DNA of 64,000 nucleotides from an uncultured delta proteobacterium (GCA_963736855.1 CAVTQK010000009.1:256001-320000); one strand, 5' to 3'; counted from the stretch's first letter, positions 1-12,733 are shown. Program-made: numbers and translations. The notes: generated by a model not told the origin, from the letters alone.

Positions 1-77
1 AGATTCTGGAGGGAAGTGATGAGGAAATCATCGACAAGCTCGTTGAGATTTTAAAATCCAAAGGAGGGATCAAGTGA
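1..77 (+). CDS. etfB: Electron transfer flavoprotein beta subunit, C-terminal fragment (partial)
   Basis: The frame from nt 3 reads ILEGSDEEIIDKLVEILKSKGGIK*. Its TGA (75-77) overlaps the ATG of etfA. This resembles a typical EtfB C-terminus. Confidence 0.75.
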   Translation, partial: ILEGSDEEIIDKLVEILKSKGGIK

Positions 78-1059
78 TGGCCCCGATGATTGCTTATATT
101 CTGCATAAAAACGGCGTGATCGACGACACGGCCCTGGAGCTGAAATCGGCGGCGGAAATGCTTGAACAGGAAGCTGTCCCCGTGGCCGTGGTCATGGGTT
201 CAAAAAAGATGTGGAAGGCGTTTGTCAAGAGGCAGCCCGGTCTTTTGCCACCGTATGGAAGATTGAGAATGAAGCGCTTTCCTATCCGAATGCCGAGGTG
301 ATTCGGCCCATGCTGAGCCGCATTCTACCCAAGGGCAGCATCGTTCTGATGCCCCATGAACATTTCAGTATGGATTTGGCGCCCGGGCTTTCGATTTGTC
401 AGGAAGCGGCTTATCTCCCCGATGCGGTTGGTCTTGAAGCTAGGGAAGGGCAGAGGTTAAGGGCTGTTCGTGAGGAGTTCAACGGAATGGTGAGGACCCA
501 CGTGGTATGCGACGTGACCCAAGGTGCGGTCATCACACTTCGACCCGGTGCTTTCTCCCCCAATGAACGAAAAGATCAAAGCGGGCAAATTATCGACAAG
601 ACGCCGGAAGCTTTTCAAGAGAGGGCTCCGGCTCCTCCAAGACGCTTTATAGAACTGGTGGAGGCCGAGGCCGGCGATGTGGACATCACGAAATCGGAAG
701 TGCTGGTATCCGTAGGTCGCGGCATCGAAGAGCAGGAGAACCTTGAAATCATTCATGAGCTGGGAAAAGTAATGGGTGCAGACGTGTCCTGTTCCAGACC
801 TATCGTGGATGCCAAATGGATGGAAAAATCCCGGCAAGTGGGAACCTCGGGCAAGACTGTCAAGCCTAAGGTGTATCTGGCCTTGGGAATCAGCGGATCT
901 TTTCAGCACCTGGGAGGAATCAAGGGCTCCCCCTTCATGGTGGCCGTCAACAAGAACCCGAAGGCCCCCATATTTCAGGTGGCCGATGTGGGAGTCGTGG
1001 CTGATATCCTCGATTTTGTCCCGAAACTTAGCGAAAAAATCGGTGAGGTGGTGAAATAA
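77..1059 (+). CDS. etfA: Electron transfer flavoprotein alpha subunit (split by a 1-nt frameshift at ~202-208)
   Basis: The N-terminus MAPMIAYILHKNG... (77-) joins ORF 211-1059 in the -1 frame at an A6 run. The C-terminal FAD domain has VSVGRG, SRPIVD, QVGTSGKTV and GISGSFQH. Confidence 0.9.
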
Positions 1060-1088
1060 GCCTATCTTTGGCTTCGAAAGGAGGGAGG

Positions 1089-1589
1089 ATGCCCCAATTG
1101 CTGTCTGTGGTGGGAAACTCTGCATCCGGGAAGACGACCATACTGGAAAAGCTGATTGTCGAACTTAAGCGGCGGGGACATCGAATCGGTGTCATCAAAC
1201 ATGCCCATCACGGATTCAATCTCGATCAAGAAGGAAAGGACAGCTGGAGACATAAAAACGCCGGTGCAGACACGGTCCTTATTGCCTCTCCGGGCCGGAT
1301 CGCCATAATCAAGGATGACGAAAAAAGCGAATCCCTCAGCTATCTTAAGCAATACTTTAATGACGTGGATCTGATCCTTATTGAGGGATTTAAAAGAAAG
1401 CGGTGGCCCAAGATCGAGGTATTCAGAGCCGCTGTTCATGAAGCGCCCTTGTTTGCGGGAAACTCCGACCTGGTGGCATGGGTGACCGATTCGAATCTTG
1501 ACTTAAACGTTCCCAAATTCGGCCTGGAGGAGATCCCAGCCCTTGCTGATTTCATAGAGATGCGTTACATTAAAAGAGTAAGGAATTGA
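1089..1589 (+). CDS. mobB: Molybdopterin-guanine dinucleotide biosynthesis protein B
   Basis: Walker A GNSASGKTT, IKHAHHGF-D-EGKDSWRH and DLILIEGFK. RBS GGAGGGAGG before ATG 1089. Confidence 0.93.
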   Translation: MPQLLSVVGNSASGKTTILEKLIVELKRRGHRIGVIKHAHHGFNLDQEGKDSWRHKNAGADTVLIASPGRIAIIKDDEKSESLSYLKQYFNDVDLILIEGFKRKRWPKIEVFRAAVHEAPLFAGNSDLVAWVTDSNLDLNVPKFGLEEIPALADFIEMRYIKRVRN

Positions 1590-1635
1590 ATTGACTCCGA
1601 TATTTTAGCAAGACAATTCCGAAAGGAAAAACTTG

Positions 1636-1788
1636 ATGAGCGAAATTGTCATTCTTCTGATCGTCGTCGGGGCATGGATTGTGCTTCAGGCCTATATTTT
1701 GCCAAAAATGGGCATTTCCACATGAGTCAAAGACGCCTGCCAGGTGACGGGCAAAAAGAAAGGGCCTTCTAAAGAGCCTTCAGAATAA
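1636..1788 (+). CDS. Small single-pass membrane protein, putative selenoprotein (UGA at codon 30, 50 aa)
   Basis: RBS GAAAGGA. Reads MSEIVILLIVVGAWIVLQAYILPKMGIST-U(TGA 1723-1725)-VKDACQVTGKKKGPSKEPSE*. Hairpin GCCTG-CCAGGTGA-CGGGC at 1735-1752. Confidence 0.7.
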
Positions 1789-2109
1789 TGCCACGTCGAT
1801 AGACGGATTTTGCAGAAAGTCCGGGGCGACAAAAGTCCATATTTTATTCTTTTCGAATCAGTCAAAAAATGAAAAAGGTCGGCTCTTGGCCTGCCTCTCG
1901 GGTGTCTTTCATGAGCCCGTATAGACAGAGGGTTTTGTTTTGTATTTTTTCCGAATTCGGCTTAGGTTTTTAATCAATTATCCTGCAGTTGACAAAGAAA
2001 AGTCGATGCCCTAAAAGGATTTGCTTATGGCTTTTTTTTGGAAATGAAGAGAAGGAGTATGTTGCCGCTTCTTTTTTAGGAGAAAAGCCTATTTTTTAGG
2101 GGGAAGACT

Positions 2110-3000
2110 GTGATCAAAATCGTAACGGACATCCGCGGTATGCATGAGCGGTGTGACACCCTGCGAAAAAAAGGGAAGAAGCTTGTGCTCATTCCCACCA
2201 TGGGTTATCTCCACGACGGGCACCTCTCCCTGATCCGGGAAGGACGGAAAAGGGGCGATTTTTTGGTGGTCAGCATCTTCGTCAACCCCACTCAGTTCGG
2301 ACCGCGGGAAGACTTAAAGGCATATCCCAGGGACTTGAAACGGGATGTGGAGCTTATAAAGCCGGAAAAGGTGGATGCAGTGTTCTATCCGGATGCCCAG
2401 GAAATCTACAGGCACGGCTTTCAGACAAGCGTGCGCCTTTCCAAATTGCCGAAATACCTTTGCGGCCGCTCCCGGCCTATCCATTTTACAGGGGTGGCCA
2501 CGATTGTGGCCAAACTTTTCAATATCATTCGACCTCATGTGGCCCTGTTCGGTCAGAAGGACTTCCAGCAGCTGTTGGTCATCCGGCAGATGGTCAAAGA
2601 TCTCAATTTCGACATTGAGATCGTCGGAGTTCCCACGGTAAGGGAGCCGGAAGGCTTGGCCATGAGTTCCCGTAACGCCTATCTGACTGCCGAACAGAGA
2701 CCTGCAGCTCAAAGCCTTTTCCAGTCTCTAGAAGAGGCAAAGAAGCAGGTTCTCTGCGGCGAAACCGACACGGTTAAAATTATCCAAAGCGCCTCCGAGC
2801 GCATTCGTGCTTACGTGGAAGCGGTCATTGATTATATCGTCGTCTGCGATCCGGAAACCCTCGAACCGATGGAACGCATCACCAAGCCTGCGCTCATGGC
2901 GCTTGCAGTTAAAATTGGAAAAACAAGGCTTATCGATAACATGATGCTTTTGCCCGAAAGCGGGGCAGCTCCGAATCCGGGACGCTGGGGGTCTTTATGA
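2110..3000 (+). CDS. panC: Pantoate--beta-alanine ligase
   Basis: PTMGYLHDGHLSL, SIFVNPTQF, FGQKDFQQ, GLAMSSRN and RLIDN motifs. Confidence 0.97.
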   Translation: MIKIVTDIRGMHERCDTLRKKGKKLVLIPTMGYLHDGHLSLIREGRKRGDFLVVSIFVNPTQFGPREDLKAYPRDLKRDVELIKPEKVDAVFYPDAQEIYRHGFQTSVRLSKLPKYLCGRSRPIHFTGVATIVAKLFNIIRPHVALFGQKDFQQLLVIRQMVKDLNFDIEIVGVPTVREPEGLAMSSRNAYLTAEQRPAAQSLFQSLEEAKKQVLCGETDTVKIIQSASERIRAYVEAVIDYIVVCDPETLEPMERITKPALMALAVKIGKTRLIDNMMLLPESGAAPNPGRWGSL

Positions 3001-3027
3001 CCAGGAAATTCTAATAGGAGATCTTGT

Positions 3028-5488
<2,461 letters not shown>

Positions 5489-5514
5489 TCCCTTAAAGGG
5501 GAATGGGCCCGGAC

Positions 5515-6117
5515 TTACTGGAAAGCGGACTTTTTCAGTTTTTGAATGGTCGCGTATTCCCTGTCGGCGGCCTCCACAAACCCCTTCCCGATTTCAAACA
5601 CACGGATAAACTCGGTTTCAGCTGCATCGTATCGACCGGCCTTCTTATATGCCATTCCCATGAAAAAGTGGGGACCCGGGGCCTCGCGGTCAAGCGTTTG
5701 GGTCTTTTCAAAAGCCTGCTCCACTTCTTGGAGCCAGTTGGATTTCATCCGTGTGTTTCCGATGGTGTAAAGGCGCATGAAGCCAGTGAGCGCTTCGATA
5801 TGCTGGGCCGGAATGGTTGCTTTCAGGCGTGCGGTTTCCAAAGACCCCAAACCCTTCTCATATTCTTCCCTGAATCCATAGGCTAATCCCATACCAAGGT
5901 AGGCGGCCGCATACCCCGGATCGAGTTCTTGTGCCATCTTGAATTCTTGGAAGGCTGCGTCGATTTTTTCCATCTCGAGCAATTTGAAACCGTTTTCCAC
6001 ATGATGGGCAGGCGAGCCCAACCGGGGTTTGGGAGCAATCATTTGAGAGGTGCACGCCAAGGGCAGAAGTCCGGCCAAGATCACTGCTATAAAATTTCTT
6101 ATCATCATAGGTTTCAT
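5515..6117 (-). CDS. TPR-repeat lipoprotein
   Basis: Signal peptide with lipobox-like LPLAC. TPR-like repeats (AQELDPGYAAAYLGMGLAY; PGPHFFMGMAY). Confidence 0.75.
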   Translation of the reverse strand: MKPMMIRNFIAVILAGLLPLACTSQMIAPKPRLGSPAHHVENGFKLLEMEKIDAAFQEFKMAQELDPGYAAAYLGMGLAYGFREEYEKGLGSLETARLKATIPAQHIEALTGFMRLYTIGNTRMKSNWLQEVEQAFEKTQTLDREAPGPHFFMGMAYKKAGRYDAAETEFIRVFEIGKGFVEAADREYATIQKLKKSAFQ

Positions 6118-6126
6118 GGAATCTCC

Positions 6127-6975
6127 TCAGGGTTTAGACTGGTCGGCTGCGATGATCACAAGGCATTTACGAAGCAGTTGGAGATGCTCCGATGCGCTTT
6201 TCAGTTTGGCCGCATCCGCGGTGCTGATGATGATGGTGGTTTTTTCCCCGTCATCGGTTTTCAGACCTTTGACCACCAGAGGGTGATTTCCTACACGTTG
6301 CTGCTTGCGGGCTGCCTCCAGATCGGGAACGTATCGGACCATCCCTTGCTGGACCGCCGACTCCCGGCTGGCGAATGCGGATCCAAAGATTTCTTTATGG
6401 CTTTCATCCATGATTTTAGGAACCAATGCCGGTTTCAACTTGATTCCTGTGGCGTCGACGATCAGACCGGTGAAAGGGGCTGGAATATTTTCCGGGGGAA
6501 CGATAGGTCTGACAGATTCGATCTGCTTGAGCTCCTGGGGCAGGACAAGTTGAGAAAAGGCGCCCAGCAGACTCAATTCCATAATGATTTTGGCTGTTCC
6601 GTCCGAGAGATATTCCTGCGTGACCATCCGTGCGTTTTGAATGAGCTTTAGGATTTCTTCTTCGATCCTATTGTTTTTTTCCGAAATTTGGAAAACGGTT
6701 TGTTTGCGGTCGACACGAAGGCGCCGGATTGTCTGGAGAATGTTTTTTTTGGCGTCTGCTTGTGCCGCGGTGAGGGTGATCCGGGGTGCGTTTTCGTCCC
6801 GTTTTTCGGTGAGCTGTCCGACACCGGTAGCCCGAACCGTAAGTTGGGACCAGTTTATGACGCCGAAATTGGTGCGTTCGATGAAATGGGATTCATTTTG
6901 TGCGAAAGCTGGCGCGAAACAACAAATGAGGATGAACCAAAAACAGACAATGCATCGGATCGGTTTTTCCAACAT
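6127..6975 (-). CDS. Exported protein, LPP20-like family
   Basis: Signal peptide ending AFA-Q. Motifs INWSQ-TVRATG, FTGLIVDA and RVGNHPLVVKG. Start placed at MLEK after RBS AAGGGG. Confidence 0.6.
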   Translation of the reverse strand: MLEKPIRCIVCFWFILICCFAPAFAQNESHFIERTNFGVINWSQLTVRATGVGQLTEKRDENAPRITLTAAQADAKKNILQTIRRLRVDRKQTVFQISEKNNRIEEEILKLIQNARMVTQEYLSDGTAKIIMELSLLGAFSQLVLPQELKQIESVRPIVPPENIPAPFTGLIVDATGIKLKPALVPKIMDESHKEIFGSAFASRESAVQQGMVRYVPDLEAARKQQRVGNHPLVVKGLKTDDGEKTTIIISTADAAKLKSASEHLQLLRKCLVIIAADQSKP

Positions 6976-7082
6976 AACCCCCTTGAGGAGATAGGTCCCT
7001 GCAAAAGACCGAAATCCCGGCATGCGCTCGTTGCCTAGTTTTTCGATTTTTAAGCCTTACGAAAAAAAAGTACAAGGCTTTT

Positions 7083-8039
7083 TTACAGAGAGCGGATTTC
7101 TTGCCTCATGAAAACCACAAATGAGACCGCAAAGCAGACAAGTGTCAGGGCGACGAGAAAGATCAGATGGGGGGCTACCACCATGATGCTCTGGCTCAGC
7201 GCAAGAGGCCCGGAAAATCGGGACATGGAGATCTGTTCCATGGGGCCTATGGCAATGACGGAGCGGGCGGATTTTCGCCTGGGGTCGATGATGACGGTTG
7301 TGGCATCCGAGTAGAGTTCCATGGGCGAAAGGAGGGAAAAGGCTTTCACGATTCCGGCCTTCCGGACCAGGGATTCCGTGGTATCGGTTTCCGCGCTCCC
7401 TGCAAGAGTGTTTCCTAAAACCGATGCTCCAAGGGAAATGAAAAAAGAGAAAAAGATCCAGACCGCCAGCGCAGCCAACGCCGAGGTTGCCGTGCTGCGG
7501 AAAAGAATGGAAAAGAAAAGGGCGACCCCCAGCCAGAAGGCGATGTATATAATACTGAGGAGCAGATAGATGACCATCCGTAAGCACTCCTCGAGCCCGG
7601 GGACGATGCCCACCAGCAAAAGCCCCAGCCCCGCAATGACCAGGACTATGGAAACCATCATGACGGCGATCAGGATCACGCCGGCCAAAAATTTTCCGTT
7701 GATGACCACATCCCGGTAGATGGGCTGGGAAAGAAGCTTACTCAATGTCCCCTGGTTGCGTTCCCGGTTGATGCCGTCGAAGCCCAGCATGAGTCCCACC
7801 AGAGGCCCGAAAAAAGCGACGAACTGAACCAATGAAAACATGGCGCCCGGAGAAGTGAAGAGCATCAAAAAGACAAAGCGGGGTTTGGCAATCCCTTTCA
7901 ATTCATGCCGGATATTAAGGCCCACCATGTACACGGTGATCAGACTGACCATAGTGATGAGGGCAAAGATTATGATAAGCCGATAGCTGCTGAAATGATC
8001 GGAAAGTTCTTTTTTGATGATCGCCTTGATTCCTTTCAC
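7083..8039 (-). CDS. ABC-2 type transporter permease
   Basis: Multiple TM helices, GFDGINRERNQGTLSKLLSQP-GKF motif and C-terminal FMRQEIR. Confidence 0.9.
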   Translation of the reverse strand: MKGIKAIIKKELSDHFSSYRLIIIFALITMVSLITVYMVGLNIRHELKGIAKPRFVFLMLFTSPGAMFSLVQFVAFFGPLVGLMLGFDGINRERNQGTLSKLLSQPIYRDVVINGKFLAGVILIAVMMVSIVLVIAGLGLLLVGIVPGLEECLRMVIYLLLSIIYIAFWLGVALFFSILFRSTATSALAALAVWIFFSFFISLGASVLGNTLAGSAETDTTESLVRKAGIVKAFSLLSPMELYSDATTVIIDPRRKSARSVIAIGPMEQISMSRFSGPLALSQSIMVVAPHLIFLVALTLVCFAVSFVVFMRQEIRSL

Positions 8040-8042
8040 GGT

Positions 8043-8795
8043 TCAGTTCTCCTGAAAATATTTCATGTAGATCTCTTCCAGGGTGAAGGTTTCCTTCCCG
8101 ACGCCGAACTTCTCCTTGGCCAAATAGGCGAGTGGTCCATGGGCCACCATTTTCCCTTTGATCATGATTCCCACCCTGTGGCAAATCCGTTGTATCTGGT
8201 GGAGGAGGTGGCTGGAGATCAGTATTGTCATTTTCCGGTCTCGGCATAAGGATTCAATGAGTGAAATCATTCGGTTGGAGGCGTCCGGATCCAGGCCAAG
8301 GGTCGGTTCATCTAAAAATGCGATCTTCGAATCTTTGATCAAGAGCTCGGCCAGTCCCAAGCGCTGACGCATCCCCCTGGAATAAGCGCCGATTTCTTTT
8401 TTTTCCTCTTCCGCCAAGCCCACAGTGTTCAGGGCCTGATCGATCCGTGCTTCAACGCTTTCAGAGGGGATATCGTTCAACTCGGCGATGAATCGAAGCA
8501 TCTGCCGGGCATCCAGGTCCGGATAGAACCCCATGTTTTCCTGGAGATATCCGACCCTTGCTTTGACCTGGATGGGATTTCTCGCCGGATCCAGGCCCAG
8601 AACCCGGGCTTTTCCACTCGTCGGCTCGGTTAAACCCATCAGCATAAGAATGGTGGTTGTTTTACCGGCGCCATTCGGCCCTAAAAATCCAAAAATTTCT
8701 CCTTCAAAGATCTGAAGGGTCAACTGGTCTACAGCAACCTGATGGCCGTAAGCCTTGGTCAACGCCTCGGTTTCGATCACAGCTTGCTGGTCCAT
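8043..8795 (-). CDS. ABC transporter ATP-binding protein
   Basis: GPNGAGKTT, YSRGMRQRLG, FLDEPT and SSH. Confidence 0.96.
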   Translation of the reverse strand: MDQQAVIETEALTKAYGHQVAVDQLTLQIFEGEIFGFLGPNGAGKTTTILMLMGLTEPTSGKARVLGLDPARNPIQVKARVGYLQENMGFYPDLDARQMLRFIAELNDIPSESVEARIDQALNTVGLAEEEKKEIGAYSRGMRQRLGLAELLIKDSKIAFLDEPTLGLDPDASNRMISLIESLCRDRKMTILISSHLLHQIQRICHRVGIMIKGKMVAHGPLAYLAKEKFGVGKETFTLEEIYMKYFQEN

Positions 8796-8796
8796 T

Positions 8797-10023
8797 TCAT
8801 CGCCTTCCCAGCATCCGAAACAAACTGAAAAGACCGGCGATCACCAATACGATGATACCGATGCCGATCCATCCCCAGGCGGTTGATGCCTTTACGGTTG
8901 TCCTGAATTCAATGGATTTATTCGCTTTTTCTCCTTCCACACTCACACTGACCGAATAATCCCCAACCAGGGCTTCCTCATAAGGGATGAGAATTATTTC
9001 CACCTGCTTGAGGTCACCTGGTTCAATGATATCGATGCTTTCGGGCTTGAATTCCACCTTCCAGTTTTCAGGCTTGAAGGAGAGAAATTTAACATCATGG
9101 TTGGGGGTTGACCCGGTATTCTTGACATAGAAAGAGACATTCGACGATTTTCCCTGACGGGCTTCCAACGACAAAAGACCGCTGATCGTTCCGACTTCCA
9201 GGCCATAGGTGCCGGTGAGAATCACCTTGAGTTCGGCTTCGGCTTTAGCATCGCCGGAGTTCACACGGATCTGAACAGGGTATTCCCCGGCCTTCGTATT
9301 TACGGCCGGTTTGACTTCCACGGCGATGGTCTGGCTCTGGTTGGCCTTCAAACGCAGGCTGGTAATATATTTAGACTCGTAAGCGGGTTTGAAGTTGATG
9401 TCCCAACCGTTCGGACCTTGGGCAAAGAGATCGAAAACCGCATCTTTATCCAACTTGCTGTCGACTTCCAGAGAGAATTCGAATTTGGCGTCCGAAGGAC
9501 CCCGGATTTCCGGATACGAGGTGGTGAGCTTAATTCCCCGATCTTCCTTTTCGATCCCTTTATCTTCTTTCATCGTTACACGGATGTCCTGGGCCATTTT
9601 AAATTGACCATCTTCGGTCTTGGCCTCAATACGGAACCGGTAGTCGCCAGGACCGGTACCCTTATCCGGAATCGCCTCAAAGGTGACACGCTTGGTTTCA
9701 TCGGCAGAAACGTGCACGCCGGTGATAGTAAATCGATAGGTTTTAATTTTGACCTTCCATCCCGGAGGTTTTTCAGAAATCCAAACGTGAAGCGTTTCGC
9801 CGATGCGTCCCTTGTTGTGAAAGATCAGATCCATGCTGACTTCTTCACTCTTCGGAATCACGATTCCGGGATACTCCGCAGACATTCCGACCTGTCTTTC
9901 GGGTTTTTTCTCCTGGCTCTTATCTTCCTTTTCTGAAGCATCAACCAGTCCTGCGGAGGTTAACAGGAAAAAAGACGATAGGAAAATGACAAGGGGCTTT
10001 CTCCAAGGATTTATCATCAGCAT
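8797..10023 (-). CDS. Exported Ig-like repeat protein with C-terminal membrane anchor (COG1470/NEW3-like), ABC-associated
   Basis: Signal peptide, three beta-rich repeats (PPGWKV, PNGWDI, PENWKV with GDY/GEY) and a C-terminal TM helix ending GRR. Confidence 0.75.
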   Translation of the reverse strand: MLMINPWRKPLVIFLSSFFLLTSAGLVDASEKEDKSQEKKPERQVGMSAEYPGIVIPKSEEVSMDLIFHNKGRIGETLHVWISEKPPGWKVKIKTYRFTITGVHVSADETKRVTFEAIPDKGTGPGDYRFRIEAKTEDGQFKMAQDIRVTMKEDKGIEKEDRGIKLTTSYPEIRGPSDAKFEFSLEVDSKLDKDAVFDLFAQGPNGWDINFKPAYESKYITSLRLKANQSQTIAVEVKPAVNTKAGEYPVQIRVNSGDAKAEAELKVILTGTYGLEVGTISGLLSLEARQGKSSNVSFYVKNTGSTPNHDVKFLSFKPENWKVEFKPESIDIIEPGDLKQVEIILIPYEEALVGDYSVSVSVEGEKANKSIEFRTTVKASTAWGWIGIGIIVLVIAGLFSLFRMLGRR

Positions 10024-10083
10024 TCCTCCCCGTTTTTATACGATGGCCGTATTCACAAAATATATGATTGGCCCATTTATCGA

Positions 10084-10148
10084 AAAAGAAACCGGACAGC
10101 AGGGATTTGTTCTAAATTCTTCCGATGGGTTTAATCCTCCTGTCCGGC
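10084..10148 (-). terminator. Putative intrinsic terminator downstream of groEL
   Basis: The minus strand reads GCCGGACAG-GAGGATT...AATCC-CTGCTGTCCGGT followed by TTCTTTTT. The loop is large. Confidence 0.45.
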
Positions 10149-10186
10149 AATGGGATATATTCCGGACAAGCCGATTCGCGGTGTGT

Positions 10187-10242
10187 GGGCCGGATAATCC
10201 ACGGCGGCGGCTCATGACATGAGTCCCGTGGATCACCGGCCC
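10187..10242. repeat. Long stem-loop immediately 3' of groEL
   Basis: Nested arms GGGCCGG/CCGGCCC, ATCCACGG/CCGTGGAT and CTCATG/CATGAG. Confidence 0.7.
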
Positions 10243-10264
10243 TAACGTGAATGGGAGTATCAGA

Positions 10265-11896
10265 TCAATACATGTCTTCGTCCATGCCTCCCCCTGGCGG
10301 CATGGCGGGTGCTTTCTTCTTTTCCGGTTTTTCAGCCACTAAAGCCTCGGTTGTCAACATGAGCCCGGCCACGGAAGCCGCATTCTGCAGGGCAAACCGT
10401 ACCACTTTGGTAGGGTCGATAACGCCGGATTCGATGAGGTTCTCGTAGGTTTCGGTCACCGCGTTGAATCCAAAATCATCCTTGCCTTCAACAACCCGGT
10501 TAAGGACGACGGATCCTTCGAGGCCGGCGTTTTCGGCGATTTGCCGCAAAGGTTCCTGCAAGGCCCGCTTCAAAATTTCGAGGCCGTGCTTTTCCTCTCC
10601 GGTTACCTTGACTTTATCCAGTGTATCCAGGCATCGGATCAATGCGACACCGCCCCCCGGAACAATACCTTCCTCCACAGCGGCACGGGTGGCATTCAGG
10701 GCATCTTCCACTCGGGCTTTCTTTTCTTTCATTTCAGTTTCGGTGGCCGCTCCGACACTGATGACCGCCACACCACCGATAAGTTTGGCCAGGCGTTCTT
10801 GGAGTTTTTCGCGGTCATAGTCTGAAGTGGTCTCCTCGATCTGCGCCCGTATCTGTTTCACGCGGCCTTCAATGTCTTTTTTGTTTCCTGCGCCGTTGAT
10901 TATGGTGGTATTTTCCTTGTCGATCTTAATGGTCTTGCACTTGCCCAGATCGGTCAGAGTGATTTTTTCTAGCTTGATACCGAGGTCTTCGGAAATCAGA
11001 CGGCCTCCGGTTAAAACGGCGATATCCTCGAGCATCGCCTTGCGGCGATCCCCGAACCCCGGTGCCTTGACCGCGACGGCCTTGAGGGTCCCGCGAAGCT
11101 TATTGACGATCAAGGTGGCCAGTGCCTCCCCTTCCACGTCCTCGGCCACGATCAAAAGGGGTTTTCCCTTCTTGGAAATCTGTTCGAGAAGGGGGATCAA
11201 GTCTTTCATGTTGGAGATTTTCTTTTCATGGAGCAGGATGTAGGGGTCTTCCAGGATGACTTCCATTTTTTCTGCATGGGTGACAAAGTATGGGGAGATA
11301 TATCCCCTGTCAAACTGCATCCCTTCAACAATTTCCAGGCTGGTTTCCATGCTCTTGGCTTCTTCCACCGTGATCACACCTTCTTTGCCCACTTTTTCCA
11401 TGGCTTCTGAAATGAGCTTGCCCACCGTCTCGTCATTGTTGGCCGATATGGTACCGACTTGCTCGATTTCTTTCTTATCTTTAGTGAGTTTGGACAATTT
11501 TTTGAGCTTTTCCACGACGGCCTCAACCCCCTTGTCAATACCCCGTTTCAAAGCCATAGGGTTGATACCGGCTGAAACCAGTTTGTGGCCTTCCACACAA
11601 ATAGACTTGGCCAGCAGAGTCGCGGTGGTAGTTCCGTCTCCGGCGACATCGCTGGTCTTGCTGGCTACTTCTTTGAGCATCTGGGCGCCCATGTTTTCGA
11701 ACTTGTCCTCGAGCTCGATCTCCTTGGCCACGGTAACCCCGTCTTTGGTAACGTTAGGGGATCCGAAGGTTTTTTCCAGAACCACATTGTTGCCCCGCGG
11801 CCCGAGGGTAACCTGAACAGCGTTAGCCAGCGTAACTACGCCTTGAAGCATTTTTTCCCTTGCTTTTGCTCCGTATGCAATCATTTTCGCAGCCAT
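10265..11896 (-). CDS. groEL: Chaperonin GroEL
   Basis: [34 protein letters not shown] and a GGGM tail. Confidence 0.99.
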   Translation of the reverse strand: MAAKMIAYGAKAREKMLQGVVTLANAVQVTLGPRGNNVVLEKTFGSPNVTKDGVTVAKEIELEDKFENMGAQMLKEVASKTSDVAGDGTTTATLLAKSICVEGHKLVSAGINPMALKRGIDKGVEAVVEKLKKLSKLTKDKKEIEQVGTISANNDETVGKLISEAMEKVGKEGVITVEEAKSMETSLEIVEGMQFDRGYISPYFVTHAEKMEVILEDPYILLHEKKISNMKDLIPLLEQISKKGKPLLIVAEDVEGEALATLIVNKLRGTLKAVAVKAPGFGDRRKAMLEDIAVLTGGRLISEDLGIKLEKITLTDLGKCKTIKIDKENTTIINGAGNKKDIEGRVKQIRAQIEETTSDYDREKLQERLAKLIGGVAVISVGAATETEMKEKKARVEDALNATRAAVEEGIVPGGGVALIRCLDTLDKVKVTGEEKHGLEILKRALQEPLRQIAENAGLEGSVVLNRVVEGKDDFGFNAVTETYENLIESGVIDPTKVVRFALQNAASVAGLMLTTEALVAEKPEKKKAPAMPPGGGMDEDMY

Positions 11897-11910
11897 GATG
11901 CGTTACCTCC

Positions 11911-12198
11911 TTAGTCCAAAATTCCCAGAATATCATCTTCTTTCATGAAGACATGTTCGACACCATCGATTTTGATATCGGTTCCCGCATACTTGGAAAA
12001 CAGGATCCGATCCCCTTTTTTCACCTCCAGTGGGGTGCGTTTCCCATCCTCGTCCAGCTTCCCGGGTCCTACAGACACGACCTTGCCTTCCTGGGGCTTT
12101 TCCTTGGCGGTATCGGGAATGATAATTCCGCCGGCTGTCTTTTGTTCTTCCTCAATCCTGACTACTAATACCCTGTCGTTTAATGGTTTGATACTCAT
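11911..12198 (-). CDS. groES: Co-chaperonin GroES
   Basis: [26 protein letters not shown] and FSKYAGT. Confidence 0.99.
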   Translation of the reverse strand: MSIKPLNDRVLVVRIEEEQKTAGGIIIPDTAKEKPQEGKVVSVGPGKLDEDGKRTPLEVKKGDRILFSKYAGTDIKIDGVEHVFMKEDDILGILD

Positions 12199-12733
12199 TG
12201 CCTTAATCCTCCTTGGTTCAATTGCGTTGACAGATATAGGGAGTCCCCTTTATCGAAAAACGGCGCGGGAGGAGTCGTTTTTGAAAAAGGGAATCCGATT
12301 CGCAAGTGGTACAGCATGAATTCATGCATTCCGAAACGATGTTTTTTTCGATTCGTTTCGGATGTCCGGAAAAGATTTTTTATTTGTGTGCCACATGAAA
12401 GCCCGGAATTAATAATTACAGTGGCGTGGATTCGATTTAAAATTTCGGGTAAAAGGTAATGCAAAATTAAGAGTTGTCAAGGGGGTAGAGTCGGTCTTTC
12501 GAACAAAAAATTAAAACATACAAGTTGACCTTGAATTTGTAAATCATGGGTTTAAAAAACAGAAGGTGATGTGAGAATTTTAATTAAATTCTTTAGGTTA
12601 CTCACTGCTCAAAATCCACCCGGAAACCGTTCACCCGCTGACTTGCCGTGGAGAATTTTTAGCCTTTAAAGCTTTAATAGATCGGAGATTTCGCTTAGAA
12701 ATTAGAAATATGATGGCATGGTTATCGGCGGCC

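Noticed and set aside
1790..2109. SAM/SAH riboswitch ahead of panC-metK-ahcY, and a possible degenerate MITE at 1802-1864
   Set aside because: No riboswitch consensus is visible, and the similarity to MITE ends is too weak.
12199..12733. CIRCE operator or sigma32 promoter upstream of groES
   Set aside because: There is no TTAGCACTC-N9-GAGTGCTAA. A CCCTATAT -10-like box lacks a matching CTTGAA -35. The local palindromes (GCATGAATTCATGC, TCCGAAACGA/TCGTTTCGGA) cannot be assigned.
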